Source: Isurus oxyrinchus (taxonomy: Eukaryota). From it: DNA of 64,000 nt. Where the stretch lies: the NCBI GenBank assembly GCA_026770705.1, contig JANJGN010000034.1, forward strand, positions 6,572,001 through 6,636,000. Reading direction: 5' to 3'. This document shows positions 36,781 through 50,835 of the stretch, in pieces; the stretch's first letter is position 1; every line of letters begins with the position of its first letter. The notes under the pieces are model-generated. The model made no database searches, was not told the origin of the DNA, and worked only from the letters and a program-made list of their open reading frames with translations. A program made the translations under genes and the position numbers.

Positions 36781-39700
36781 TAGGCTGTGAAACCTGTGTT
36801 ATTTGCAGCCAAACTATGCGGGTGCAACTCGTTCCTCATCCCCCAGAGGAACCCAGCAAAACACACAGGCTGTGAAGATAGTCTCAATGACCTTGAATTA
36901 TGCACAAAAATGAAAAAAAGGATCAAAAGGAGCAATGCACAATTATCCATGAATTTTTATGAGCTGATGTGTATTACCCGAACGTCAATTTCCACTCAAT
37001 GGCTCACAAACATTTTTAAATGTTAGATCATTTACTGTCCTTTTAGAATACCCGGCATTGTGCTGCAGGTACTCACAACTATCAGACTGACCTCGTGATT
37101 TCAACTATTTATTCATTCTAAAGCCATCTTCAGCTTTGGTAATCAAGCTTTACCAAGTTGCCAGCTGAATCTCACAAATAATCTATAGAGGTTTTCTTCA
37201 CAGATATCACAGCAGATTTGGTTAAAAGAAATAGGACATTATTGTTTTTGAAACTTTTAGTCTTTTTGCTCAGCTACATCCGCTGTATTCTGTATAGTCA
37301 CACAGTAACTGTAACAACATGACACATATTCCTGCTCTCTATTGCTGTACTCAGGCATTCTGAACACGAAAACAGTAACTTACTACATATAATGAATACG
37401 ATGAGCTGAACAGAAATTCCTATATCAATTACAATGCACAATGATACATGCATATTTAATTGTTTCGTAATTAGTAAACCAGGCCTCTGTTCAACATATC
37501 TACAAAAGAAAAACAGTGTATGAAAATATAACATTAAGTAACGTGAAACAAATTGTGTGTCTTTTGTTTTGGGTGCAAGTGGTGACGACTCGTTTAATAA
37601 TGTGGGAGTGGGTGGTATGGGCTATCGAGCAAGGGAGGAATTAATGTTCTTAGTGAATGATGAGTAGATTCCATAAACCAGGTAACGGCCATGTGTCTCT
37701 GGTGATGCGGTCAGTGGAATTAGTCTCTGTCTGGAAATCCCGCTCTTTCTGAACCAAATCGGATTCTCAAACGACCTGATCTCAGTTTTTACCCTATGCT
37801 ATGGACTCGCTCCTCCACTAATGAACCACATGTAGCCTCTCCCCGCAGCACCCCACCTGTCGCCTACCCTCCTCAACCCAGCAGCCGAAAACGACTTGCC
37901 ACCACGCCCCCCGCACTCCCACCCCCCTCCAAACCCTTCATGCTCTCAGTCTTAGCACGAGTTAAAACATGAATGCTCTTGCTCAGTTTTCGAAACTCGG
38001 TTTTTCAGATCTGAAGGCATTGAAAGCACAGGTCGATGATTTAGGTGGGTCGCTATTCCCTTATGGACCAATTAAATGCATCATGTAAAGCGAAACGTGT
38101 ATCGAGCTGAGTTATTGAACAATGGGTTTGTGTAAGGTGGAACCAATCACTAAGTTGCAAAATGCCACTGTCAACAGTTTCACCGAAAAACCAAACATTG
38201 CCTCTCACTATTCTTTTTTACAGCAACACTGCATTCTTTTTTCTGAAAGTTTCTATTTTAGTTAAATACAACAGCTTCTGAGCTAATGCATTCGAAATCA
38301 TGTCATGAATTTGCCTTTAGAAGGTCCTTCTATAGTATTTAATGCATTTGTCAGTTTCTCTAAACGTGTGCTTCAGATATTCACACTTTTGTCACTGGAG
38401 ATAGTCGTCCTAACTCATTTTATCTGAGCACTTAATGTTTTGAAAACATTTTTAAACATATTCCCTTAACATCGTAGAAGGAAAATTCCACATCATGGGG
38501 CATTTTCATAAAACTGATATCCTGCATAGTTACTGCAATTTCAAACATCATCATTTTCAGCACTGTATTCCTTAGCATAATGACAACTCGCTGCTAAAAA
38601 ATTATTGACAGTACTGAGCTCTTTTGCTGCTTTGCTACTTGCATCAAATATATGATTCCTGCTGATTCAAATTCGGTCACTTGGCATCTTCGGTAATATT
38701 GAGTCCAGTTCAGAGGCAAGATCCTTCTGCACTGGGATTAGTATGGCTACGTTTGGTATCAGTGTCTTCCTATCAATTTTCGCTGTATTTATGAGATGCC
38801 AAGTGCACTGGCCTAATTGTGTCAAAAGCTTTGTCACCATTCAATAATATATATGAAAATGATCGTTAGATTAATTCAACACTATCACTGACAAGCCCAT
38901 TAACTCGTATACAATGCTTAACGTTGACCTTATTCAATGATGCAACATTACGGATAAACTCATTGTCACTTCCTGTCAGGCGCTCGTCTTCACACAAATC
39001 CCTACACAGTTCGATGGCCTTGAATTGTTTAACGATAACAGCGTTATTTTCCTCTCACACGAGCACGCTGCCCTCACACAAACCCTTTCTTCCTTTACTG
39101 TTCGACTCTACTGTTCCTAGTCAATTAAATTGCAGGATCATGTCGATTCCATCCCAATGAAAGTAATGCACTTTTCCTCATTATTTGTGCCAATGCCCGA
39201 CAAACTGGAACACAATGATTTCCGTACTAGCTTGTAAGCCAAGCCTTCAAATCTTTTCTCTTTCAATCTTTACCAATTCAAGAGCACCGCCAGTAAGAGC
39301 CAAAATGTTATTCACTTTTTGGTCAATGTCATTTAATTGGCCCCTAGTTCATTAAAGACGCCTAGCTATAATGCCATTCCCTGTTCACTGTGTACCCTTG
39401 CTTTCTAGATGATTGACAGCAGTTTCACCATGCAATTCATCCTCAGGGTTTATTCTCCAGATGATCCCTAACACCAGCCTCTAAACACGATTTTGGAGCA
39501 CCTGGTGGAAGAAACAGAGAACATCCTATGCTGCCTCCCACCTCCAAGGCAGTGATACCAAAGGCACATGACTTTCCCCTGGCACATTAAGCGAGAATTG
39601 AAAGACGCACCAAAGTGTTTTTACCATATTGAGCATGTGCCCCACAATTTTCCCCCTCTACATAGATCCGTCAATAACAAAACACTTTGAATTAAGGGCA

Positions 39701-39880
39701 GAGGACGACTGCCCTTTACGGCTGAATGTGTGGTCCTTTCACTGATCTAGCTCCTGGCCCTATCAATTTATCCCTGACAGTTGGACACGGAGGGGGCTAA
39801 CTTGGCGCATGTAATTCCGAGCAGTTCAACTGGATCAAGTGCTTATCCCTGCGCTGAATTTCTATGTATTTTTATTTCAG

Positions 39881-39907
39881 AGAATAAACTCAAAAAGTGT
39901 CTGAAAG
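39881..39907 (+). CDS. 27-bp phase-1 micro-exon (E)NKLKKCLK
   Basis: gtatttttatttcag|agaataaactcaaaaagtgtctgaaag|gtgagt; consensus sites. Confidence 0.8.
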
Positions 39908-40092
39908 GTGAGTACCACACTGTTGTGTTCTAATCAATAATTGATGTATAAATTATTCAGTTCATTAAGTTATTCATTGATTATCAAATTGATTCAGCTT
40001 TCTTGATATCCTTCATTAAGGATGTTCTTAGCGTTGGTATGGAAGTTGAATAGCAACGATCAGAATGTTTTTTCCTTTAACTCTTTATGTAG

Positions 40093-40740
40093 CAAAACCG
40101 CAGAAGGCACTTCACAGGCCAATTTTTATCCATGATTTGTCAACAGCTGTTTTATCAAAAATGTAAGTTTTATGGTTTCCCTTGCAGAAGGAAAGCGCAT
40201 TACAAACACTAATTGCTTTAGGAAAGAATTTCAAGGCTTTAAGACACAAGTCACTGAAGACACGGCCACCTGTTATGGAATATTGAACATTATGAATATG
40301 CAGGGTGGCGTCTAGTGAATAACATGGATACCTAGTCGGTTTGCTCAGCATTGTTCATTACAAAAATAGACGAGACTACCGAAGGCGATTTTTAGAACTT
40401 TCAAAAGTTATAGCTTTACAGACCATACTCCAATCAATTCAGTGAGCACACGAGTTCCAATCTACTAATCGGTCGTTCCTTATGTTTATCATACTTAGTG
40501 CTGCTGTGTTTCCCTCTACCAATGTTTTGGTGAATCAACGATGAGTATCTATGAATTATCAAATTGGTGTTGCAGAACATCCCTTTACATTTATGTGCAT
40601 GTGGCACGTTAAATTCCAGTGTAATCTTTGTGAAGGAGGTCTGTTGACAATATGGTTGAACAATAAAATCAAGTGCACACCAATCAGAATGCTGAAAACA
40701 CATAAACCTCGAACGTGGAAATGACTAGTTCTGCATTCAA
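40093..40740 (+). pseudogene. Copy B exon (permuted SF2 helicase Walker-B region)
   Basis: RKEFQGFKTQVTEDTATCYGIL/IEHYEYAGWRLVN~TKFKAFLQNSFQNPHTLFVLIHDHAHWDLVS; YQIGVAEHPFTF~TLHVTSFPYAL. Confidence 0.75.
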
Positions 40741-41159
40741 TTTCATACACGGGCTGAGCAAATTTGAATATAAATTGCTCCTGCTTGCCAATTTATAAAG
40801 ATGTTAGGGAAGATAAGTAGACCATTTCGGAGAATACGATCTTCAATGAAGGGAATTGACCCTCCATGCACAAAGTAGGAACACACGTCATCACGTTTAC
40901 TTCAGTTCAAGTCGGAGTCCAAGAGCATAAATGGCGTTCTTGGAGTAAATGTAGCTTGATTCCTTACTTTAGTTCCGTCACAATCTTTCAGGTTGACTCC
41001 AGCAGCAAGATCCTGAGTTCAACCAATTTCAACTGGAGGGATCTGCCTCCCCTTTATCTTATCGTGTCCTACTCGGGAAATAATTGCCTTAACATACACA
41101 CTTCATAGCAGTTAAGGCAATATTTCTAGTCATATGAGTTTTAGGAATGTCGGGACTTG

Positions 41160-41600
41160 ACTTGTACCTTGCAAATACTAACCAGCATACACCAAGGTCG
41201 CGGCTATTCGATGAGGATCTGGAACAGCTTCACCAACAAGCAACAATATCGCCTTAAATTTATGGCTTCACTTGCAAGATCAACATTCGATGCCTAAGCA
41301 GCCTTGTTCCTGAGAAGATGCTACTGAATAGCCTTTGGGAAAACGCTGAAAAGTTTGTGGCAAATACTTCACGAGTGTACTGTTAGATAAGGAGGTTGAT
41401 GCATGATTTTGTTCTACTGACCATGAAGATACAACAATGTAATTCAATCATCATTGTATGAAACGTGAGGGAAATTTTTCCCATTGTGCTCGGTACACTC
41501 ATTCATTTAGCTGACAGAACTCACGGGGTGGAACTAGATGATGAAGATTCCTTGGCGATATGTTGCAGTGCACATTGTAGATTAAATAAGCCGAAATTTA
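41160..41600 (-). mobile_element. CR1-group LINE 3' fragments
   Basis: gggacttgacttgtaccttgcaaatactaaccagc...ttcctgagaagatgctactgaatagcc antisense family text. Confidence 0.55.
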
Positions 41601-41994
41601 TGGCGCTAACATAGTGGGATGCCCGGCAGAACAGTAATGGCAGATGTGCAGTGTTTTCCTAAATAACTGATCTGAAGGAAATACATTCTTCACTCAACAA
41701 TTTTGTTACAAATGCCAATAAGTTTGATAACGGTATAGAAAATTAAGTTTATATATTACACCCCTCCCTCTATTAATTAACTGCCCCTTGCGACTGCCAG
41801 TAAAAAGAAAATAAACAACCGCTGCTGGCAAGTTAACAATGTTTATCCAATCCATTATTTTGCTACTGTGAGATTTTCATTCCGATGCAGAAAAAAATCA
41901 GAAGTCGGCGGATGAGCCAACGATTCACTCTTTTACGTGGCATCATTCCTTAAAGTTGATCTTTTCTTTAAAAATAAGTGAACAAATCTTTCAG

Positions 41995-42830
41995 GTGATG
42001 CTGATGGTGGCGGTATTAATCACCGCAGGAGCCTCTTATATTCTACGCCTGATGAATTATGCTACTGAGGTTGTGATTATGCACTTGGAAAGTAACAGGC
42101 GGCGGATACGTCAGCTGGTGCTTTGCTTAAGAGCCAAAACCGTACTTTTTCTTTGAATATCGAGATCCAGGGAGTATCATAATTTAACCAAAACCTAATG
42201 GAGACCGCTGTGTTTGTGTTTTTTTTTAAACTGAACGATTTGAAGGGCAGCCAGAAAGATAAAGGTGAGAAAGGTCAAGGTGGATGTTTGCATTTCAACG
42301 ATGTAGCATTATTGCCCGAATTATAGAAGCATCTAAAGTTTGGATGGTCGCGTGCGTTTGGTCATTTGGTCGAAACTTATAACCCGCCCTAGTTTATCAA
42401 GAATAAATTATACTGCTTGTCTGCTGTTGAATCAATTCATTGGTGAAAACAAAAATCAACTTCGCTGGGTGACTGACGTTTAAAGATATTTCTTTGAAGT
42501 AAATAGCGTGAATCCCAGGTTGCAGAATTCCTTTTCTATGGAGTGCTGAAATAAGGGGCCTGGTGACTGTATCAATTTGACATAGAGGGCAATGTGCTGA
42601 TGATGTCACACACAATGTTCAAACAAAAGCAAAAGCATGACAATTTGAATGAGAATTATGATTTAGGCTCTGAATTGGAAAACATAGTCTCGCCTGTAAT
42701 AACCTGAGGTCATTGACGAGCTTTGGGATGGAAGGGTTAATTTTTCCCGGCACACAGTTACAATGTTCGGGAAAAATAAACATCTGTACTGATGCAATGG
42801 GCTCCAATTGAAATGAAATATAACTCGTGT
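41995..42830 (+). pseudogene. Copy B exons (two islands, ~41995-42160 and ~42390-42830)
   Basis: RSLLYSTPDELCY*GCDYALGK~SLPLLRYDSSFEAMVTALGK; TACLLLNQF~RTFVLVQHY; MTI*MRI..A..T*SRL~MVLLRV..LA..AYERL. Confidence 0.7.
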
Positions 42831-43179
42831 GTTTGTACTATGTATAAAAATGGCAGTGGAAACTGTTTCAAATTAATAAGCTTGTGCTGCTGCAGAAGTC
42901 AGGGCGAAGGTGTATATTTACAATACACATAGTCTGACTAATTGAATACACAGTAAATGGGAACACAGATAAGTATAAGAAATAGATGGAACAGCTGACA
43001 AGCAATTGATTCGAACACAGAAGATGAGACGAAAAGATTGTGCAACATAAAATTAACTGACAACCGATTAAAAAGAGGGAATTGTGTCTGGACATCACCC
43101 ATAATGAAACAAGGCCAAGTTAACCAAACATCTGCTGTGAGTAAGCAATCATAGCATACATTACTGAGGGACACTTACA

Positions 43180-43720
43180 ACGAAATAAAAAAGGTAATTA
43201 ATCGCTGCAAAACATAACATATCGAGAAAATATATTGACAGAAATATGAGGTGGGGCAGTATTCAGAATATAACAATGCCATGAGGCAAAAAAAAAGGAT
43301 GGTGCTATCCGAAATACCATAATATAATTCATAGTCATCAAAAATAACACGCCATGAAAGAAGAATCACTCTAAGTGTTGATTTTTACAGTGTTTCTAAT
43401 AACGAATGTAAAGTGGAAGAAGAATTATGCAGGATAGTTAAGGAATTGAGATAAACATTACACTGTAATTATAACAATAATGATAATAATGATAATCGGT
43501 CAGGGACTTCAACTGACTCAATATTAATTGGATGGGAAATTCAGGAAAATGGGGCAAGAGTTTGATTTTGTTACCATGTGCACAGGACACCTGGCTATAA
43601 CTGCATCTAAAAAATCCAACGTTCGCTTACGGATCCAGTAATGGAAAATAAGCAAAACGAACAAGAGTATTAAAAGTAATGAAACAGTCAGGTTTTACTT
43701 GGCCATAACACAACAAGCTG
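43180..43720 (+). mobile_element. Decayed CR1 endonuclease fragment
   Basis: ataatcggtcagggacttcaactgactcaatattaattggat corresponds to GDFN.P.INW. Confidence 0.6.
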
Positions 43721-45049
43721 CAATATACACGGACTGGTTGCAATTAATGGTCCGTTTCTGTTTCATCTATCATTTGTAATGATTTTAAAATTGCGAGTTC
43801 GGTGAAGGATATCTCAATAGCAATTTGAGTCGAGTACTAGGGTACTGTGCATTAATGAAATGAGTTCTAGTGGACTTACGCTTTGCAAGTTATGACTGGC
43901 GCACATCATCATTAGCCCTAACTACAACTGCTCTGATATTTGGCAGAAAACCGGCGTCTTAATGTCCTCCAAGTATTATGTTAGGTGACTGATTATCAGT
44001 AAGGTTTAATCAGAACACGTATGTTTGCAAGTGTTGCAGATTGGCCACTGTTACTGCTGAAGATGTTTTTGTACACCCGCACCCCGCCCCCCCCCCCCCC
44101 ACCCCCCTTTATCCGCCCTAGTAACAAAATAAAATGCTAGTATGCTAAATAAAATACTGGAGGTATATGCCCTTGCATTGCAGGCGATCGAACTCAACCG
44201 CCTCCTGATAAAGGTGAAGGTGAGGTTTGAAATATATTTACTCACTAGACTTGATGGCACTTGATTATTCCAAGAATTTATCAATTAAATAAATATACAA
44301 CTTAATAGAGATGCGTTAAGAAGTGTAGCTAACTGCATAGGAATTTATAGTAAAGATGCTGCGTTCACTATCACATATGCGATGCAACTGAGCTGAATTT
44401 CAGCTAAAATCCCTTTGAAGGTCTGGGGGAACTACCAGATTCGTGCTAATACCGAAGAGGAACATTTGTCTGTCTTTTGATTTATTGTATCTCGAAGCAA
44501 ACTTAATCAACTTCAGACATCCAAGAAGTTGAACATATTTAGGCGCTTAAATATGACTGGCTTTTGACATGTAAAACACGCACAAAATTCAGAATTCAAT
44601 TTAAACAAATTCCCATAGACCGATATATCCCTCTTTCCTCTATCGCATAAAGGGAGATCCGAAGACCATGTCACAAGCATGAGTTAAATATGCAGTCGAG
44701 GGCTGCATACATGTTACACAACAAACAGAGCATATTAAAAAGCAACAAATGCAGCACCTTCAATTCTAAGAGAAAATCCAGCCATCCCTTTTGGAATTCA
44801 ATATCGTTTCCATTGCTGAACTTCTAACTAACAGCATCCCTTTCTATTTACCTGAAACTGAACTAAAGCAGCCAGACAAATTTGGTGGCTCAAGAATGAT
44901 TTGAGCCTTGGAATTCTGCATTGAGTAACTCACCTCCTGACTCCCCTTTACCTATGAGGAACGATCGTGAGAAGGAGGCTGCAAAACACCCCGTCTTAAA
45001 TAAATATGAGGTTGAAAATTTACCTCTATGTCTAATCTGCATTGCACAG

Positions 45050-45900
45050 ATGATGATGCAGTTACTTATGTATTAATTCTCGGAATATGTGCATTACCTC
45101 ACACTGAACATTTAGATAAGCGAAATGAAGGTAGCCTAGTTAACGGCCGTTTAGTGGTAAATGGTACAGCATTGCAAGTTGCTTCTGATGTTGGGGTGTA
45201 GCAGTTACACTCACACGTGACATTATCACATAAACTAACAACATAAAGCGCACCTGCATTTAGAAGGCTCTTACATGGTAAGAATGATGCCACGTGAGTT
45301 TCAGAATAATACTTCCAGCAGACCGAGCGCAAGGTAGGAAAATGGAAATTAGACTCCCTGATGTCGCAATATGTCTCCCAGCTAAATAAGTACGAATGGT
45401 TGTATGCATTTCCGCAATGCAACAGAATGTACATGAAGCTAGTTGTATGAAGTGACGCTAACTGACCTGGTGAAAACTAACAGCATTGTGAAATTTGAGC
45501 TGTTGACAATATTTAATATGGAAAGGCATGCAACGCAATGAATGCCAATCTCATCGTACTGCATTGCACATCTTGCAGATTTACAGCTTCTGAGAAAGAT
45601 TTTAGGTGAAATGTTTTGCAAGTTATTCATTCAAACTATTTATTGGGAATCACCGTCGGTCACTTGAATACTGTTCCAGCAATGGTTGCTTGAAATGCAG
45701 CATTTTGGCTAACAACAGAGTTTTTTTTTTCCCAACTGGTGCGTTTCAGGTATATTATGCATTATTCATAATCGGAGAAAAGCATAAACTCTTTGATATT
45801 GCAAACGAAAGTCCAATGAACTGCCCTCCTTTTCCAAACCCCAGAGTGATATGAAAGTCATCCAAAAATTTACCTGGCAAAGTTTAACTATTCATCTGAC
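45050..45900 (+). pseudogene. Copy B exons (~45050-45680 and ~45750-45900)
   Basis: TYVLILGICALPHTEHLDKR..RLVVNGTALQVASDVGV~PCILIFSGMDPHGESLPRS..RLINSSCLVRTALEQELGL; FPNPRVI*KSS~LPSPSVMWASS (45831-45863). Confidence 0.75.
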
Positions 45901-46479
45901 AAACTTAAAAATATTTTCGGTTTAGCTGAAAGTGTTTCTGCAAGGCTGCACAAGATAAATTCTTCCTTAAGATTTCATTTTCCTTGGTAAAATTTAAAGT
46001 TAGTTCTGGATATATGATAACTGAAAATACTCTTCCCAAAATGGCGTGGTAGCAGCGAAACTCTGTGCAAATTAACTTTGGGAGAACAAATGCATTTAAA
46101 GAGCTCTTAGCACATATGGCCTAATGTTTCATCACAAATATCAGTTTCAACGTGCATCTTCAAAGAGGACTGTTTTTTTGTTTAGCATGGGGTGCATATG
46201 GAGAGTTTTCCAGAACTTTGGCAGCTGAAGGCATGAGCAAACTTCGACGCACATGAAGGGAAGTGATGTTAAAACTGCAAACATTGGAGGAGGGCAGGAG
46301 TCTTGCAGAGATTTGAAATTAGCTTCCTAATAACGAGATTGAGGCTTTGATAGGTATACACCCAACTGAGGTCTGTTTACACCATGGTGATATATATGCC
46401 AGACCTGGAGTGCGCTCACTTCTCGCTTTAGGCGTTTCGATGGGTCTAAATTCACAGTGGGTGACATAAGTAAGAGATC

Positions 46480-48305
46480 TATGTTATGTCTGCCATGTTA
46501 ACTCTGCCCAACAGTATCCTAATTATTACGTATCCCGTTAAATCTTCCTTTATCATATAATGTAAGAATTTCGCTACTACCGAATTCAGGCTAATACATC
46601 TATATTTCCCTATTTTTTCTCTACCTTTTGAATAAAATATTGGGAAAACATTTTCCTGATGGAATGTTGCAAGAAACATTACTTTGTCTAAATAAGGCTT
46701 ACAGATGAGGAGCAATACATCTGCCATCGCAGCCTCCACCCCTACCAATACTCTGGGATGTAGGTCATCATCTGCATGGGATATATCGAACTTAAATTTT
46801 CTTTCCTAATTTTCCCACTACTCTTTGCTTTGCTAATACCAGTGTTTTGCAGTTTCCTCTTTACAGTAGTCCCTTCAGTCTTTGTTATTTCTGGGAGGAT
46901 TGATATTTTTGTTCCTAAAGACAGACACAAACTATGTATTTATTTTCTCAGTCATTTCCTTATTCACAAATATAAAGCCTGCTGACTCCGCTTGTAATGG
47001 GCACACTTTATCCATGTTTGTTTTTTTTTATATTTTTGTGCTAATCTGTTCCTTTTTGACTGCTACAGTAGCTTTTGACGTCTGATTTAATGTTTTTTTT
47101 GCTCGTTTACTCTCACTCAATTTTACATTTGTTAAACATTTTCTTGATTGTGATTTGCAGAATTCTAAAGAGAACCAAAATCTAAAGTGTGTTATTTCCT
47201 GGCAGCTTTATACGCCTCTTTCTTTGTTCTAACACAGTCGTGGATATATTTTGTTCCCAACAGTTGGAACATTTTCATTTCTAGATTTGTGTGCATTAAG
47301 AGAATGTGTTTTTGTTGTGTGCTATGTATTAGTTATTTAAATGTTACCTACTGCCTGTTTACATTTATGCTTATCATTTTAAATAGTTTCCCAATCTACC
47401 ATAACCAATTTTCCTTCATACGTTTATAAATTTCCTTGATAAGACTTGACACTAGTCTCCTGTTGAACTACATCACTTTCAAACGTAATGTAAAAATTCT
47501 TTCCTAGATGTGCTTGATAACACGTTTATCATATCACCCGTATTCATTGCACAATAATGGATCTGAAATAGCCCCTTCTCTGGGTGATTCCTCAACATGC
47601 TGCTTTGGAAAAGTATCTTCTATGCATTCCAAGAGGTTTTCCTCAACATAATCAGTACTAATTCATATTACACAGCCTATATGTGCATGGAAATCTTCCT
47701 AAAACACCGATTTAATGATGCTGCAAGTGCTTCTAATATCCTGATATATACGTTCACTTACATCAACGTTGCTGTTGGTTGGCCTATATGTATATATATA
47801 TATTAAAAATACAGCAATGTTACCTGCCTCACGCTGTTTCTCAGTTTTGCACAAACTGATTATACCTCTTGCTCTTTATAACTAAATGCATCTGTCAATA
47901 CTGTACTAATATTGTCTTAAATTAAGAGAGCTACCACACCCCATTTCCTTGCTTTCTACCCTTCCTGAATGTCACATAAACTTGAGTGTAAACCTCCCAG
48001 CTTTGGTTCTGTTCTAGAGACCTCAGTGTGACGGCGTTAAAGTCACAGCTATAAACTTATGTTTGAGCAGACAATGCATGTCTTTTATTGCAAATTAAGA
48101 CTTTCTTTTACACTTTTTTGTGGACTCTGGCTCCAAATGCGGGTAAACCCATAATTTTGCAATCACTGTCCATTCATGCCATACACTTGAATGTTGTGAA
48201 CTAAGTTGTTACGTTTGTCTATGGCCTTGGCGTTTCGTGCTGCCATACTCAATATTAACGTACATGAACCCACTCGACCCCCATATTTAGTTTCAAGCCC
48301 TATAG
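46480..48305 (-). mobile_element. Decayed CR1 LINE (RT to 5' region), antisense
   Basis: Minus ORF 46479-46748 NVFPIFYSKGREKIGKYRCISLNSVVAKFL matches NVTPLFKKG.R...GNYRPISLTSVVGK.L. Confidence 0.8.
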
Positions 48306-48418
48306 ACCACATTTAGTCATTTAGAAATGCCTCCGTCAGGAAGGTAAAAACTCTTGCAATATGTGTGGCATTGATTAAATATGTTCTTTCTATTTAATTT
48401 GATTGAATATTGTAACAG

Positions 48419-49135
48419 AATGGCCATTTACCTCATCATGGCACTTGATCAAACTGCTGATGCACCGCCAGCTGAGCAGATATGGGTTGTGGCTTTAAAG
48501 CTTTGATAAGTTATGATTCAGAATTTCCCAGGGTACTGTATAGACAGCTGTGCGAAAATATATGGGTTGGTATTGATTCTTCGGCCCTTGGCCCAATTTC
48601 TCAACGGCATTAATATTGCCCTGATATTTACATTCTAAAATATAACATAGGCCCTTGTCCAATCCACCGGTATTGAAATTGTGAAGCTGGCGAGGAAAAT
48701 GCGGAGGGACAGGCTCTTAAACTTTTGCATGCATTATTGGGTTCGAAGTGAATTGGTGAAGTGGTTCAACGTGCGTAAAGTTAATTTTGTTGACTGTTCG
48801 TGGCCGTTCCTTAAATTTAGTCCGATGAGCAATATAAATCAGTAGCTGATGTGTGGTTTGACGGGCGGAATACAACGATGCTGCTATTTTGTATCTCAGG
48901 CCATTACAAACAATAGAGCCAATAGAGTAAGATTCCCATCTCCCCCAAGCCCATCTTTTCTCTGCATAATAAAACGCAATGACTGGTGGCAATTCTGTCA
49001 TAACAATCGGAATACTTATTAAACCTTCCTCGCAATGTCATGCATATACAGACATTATGGGAAGAATGATGAGTGAGGACAATGAAGAGTTGGCTATTGC
49101 AAATTTCACATCTACTATTACCGGCAATGGATAGA
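48419..49135 (+). pseudogene. Copy B exon (permuted helicase Walker-A region)
   Basis: SEFPRVLYRQL~TEQSLYYRQW; AMTGG.../NTY*TFLAM~LLSGPPQIGKTGAYLQFLSV with no intact GKT. Confidence 0.6.
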
Positions 49136-49291
49136 ACGTGCAGAGAATGGTTTAACTTTGTGACTATTTTTTTTACTAACGTAGCATTATTTTAAGGAGG
49201 AGTACTTAATAAAAATGTGATTGTGAACTGAATATTAAGTTCTGGAATAAATAACGTGACCCTTTTCGAGAGATCATATCTTATCTTAAAG

Positions 49292-49327
49292 AACTGGAAA
49301 AAACAAAGACACTGTTGAACGACACAG
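49292..49327 (+). CDS. 36-bp phase-1 micro-exon (E)LEKTKTLLNDT
   Basis: tcttatcttaaag|aactggaaaaaacaaagacactgttgaacgacacag|gtaaga. Confidence 0.75.
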
Positions 49328-50045
49328 GTAAGATAAATACACAAAGGCATTAAAGTTAATAGTACTTCAATTAAAGATGAGACTTTAGTCCTACGCATCT
49401 TCTTTCAGGCCCAGGTGATGTTGGGGGCACTTTACGGAACATAGGCACTATGCCAAAGTTAGAATTTCTCCAAAATCCCCCTAAGTAATTGAATATTTGA
49501 GTGAATTCCTGTTCCATAACTAAATTATTGAGGTTTCATCAAGTCTCCAAGGCTGAAAAATTATTGTGGAGGCTGAATATTCCCTGTGGTGATATAAATG
49601 TTCTCTAAATTCAATGGAACTGAACATACAGCGTACATTCCCACATTTTGGTCATATTGCCAGGTTATTATTGGTGCACAATTTCAATTTAATCCTGAGG
49701 ACATTTTTTTCTCAATTTGGTTAAAAATATCATGTTTACATCACATTTCCTCTCATATTTATGAATTTAGGAAGTATGAATTCAAGGTGAATTATCATGA
49801 TAACCAAGTAATTTGGAGCATTATTCTTCAAATTTGTCAAGTCCTAAGTAACAAAGCTAAATAGAATACTTTGTAGGAATAAATCCGATTTCTTGTCAAT
49901 AATATTGTTATTGATGTAAAAACATACAGTTATGGATATTAACAAGAATGATCGATTATAACTATTAATAATTAAATCATATATTATAATATCGATATTT
50001 ATGTTTTTCCCTTGTTATTGAGATTACATTTTGTAACATTTTCAG

Positions 50046-50072
50046 AGATAAAGCTCAGGAACTGCGAAAAAG
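50046..50072 (+). CDS. 27-bp phase-1 micro-exon (E)IKLRNCEK
   Basis: taacattttcag|agataaagctcaggaactgcgaaaaag|gtagat; paralogous to the 39881 exon. Confidence 0.75.
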
Positions 50073-50174
50073 GTAGATGATGATAAAAATTGAACAGTGA
50101 TTTCTGATCTATTTTGAGAAACTGAATGTCTTCCTCCTGATCAGCCTAACTCTTTTTAACATCTATATTCGTAG

Positions 50175-50201
50175 CTCTTAAGGAAAAGTGCAATAACTAT
50201 G
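50175..50201 (+). CDS. 27-bp phase-1 micro-exon (A)LKEKCNNY
   Basis: tctatattcgtag|ctcttaaggaaaagtgcaataactatg|gtgagt; 102-bp intron from the previous exon. Confidence 0.75.
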
Positions 50202-50329
50202 GTGAGTGATGATAACTAAGCAGCTTGTGCTGCGCTAGTATTGGGCAACATTGAGATAATGATTGTGATAGCTCACCGGGGTTATAGTATGCCAAAGGTG
50301 ACGGTCCATTTTTCACATTATTTTTCATT

Positions 50330-50835
50330 AATTCATCGAACGTCGGCGACGTTGCATAGGGTGGAACTTATTTCCCATTCCTAGTTGCCCTTGAAGACGC
50401 AATGCTTTACTGCCTTTTGAAATACTGAAGTCCATGTGGTGAAGTTCAAGCAGTCAAGGCGGTGTCTGAATTGGAGGGGAACTTGCAGGTGATGTTGTTC
50501 CCGTGCAGCCACTCCCTTTGTCCTTCTCGGTCGAAAAGGTCGCCGGTTTTATCGGCATTGTGGAATGGGCATTGTTAAGCTGCTGAGGTGCATCTTATAG
50601 ATGATACACACTGTGCATGGGTGGTGGAAGGATTCTATGTTTAAGTTAACGGGTGGAGAGCCAGTGAAGTGTGCTATTATGTCTTGAAGGGTCCTCGGCT
50701 TCTTCGACGTTTTGGAGCTTAATATCCAGGAAAATGACGATTATTCCGCCATACACCTGATTGTGCCTTGTAGATGGTGGACAATGTTGACTTGCTTTCC
50801 ACATAATGAAGCTTATGACCTGCTCTTGTAGCAAA
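50330..50835 (-). mobile_element. CR1-group LINE 3' fragment, antisense
   Basis: ttatttcccattcctagttgcccttgaaga...ttggaggggaacttgcaggtgatgttgttcccgtgc. Confidence 0.8.

Noticed and set aside
48317-48343. 27-bp AG..GT segment
   Set aside because: In-frame TAG in the phase-1 frame, weak acceptor and no similarity to either exon class.
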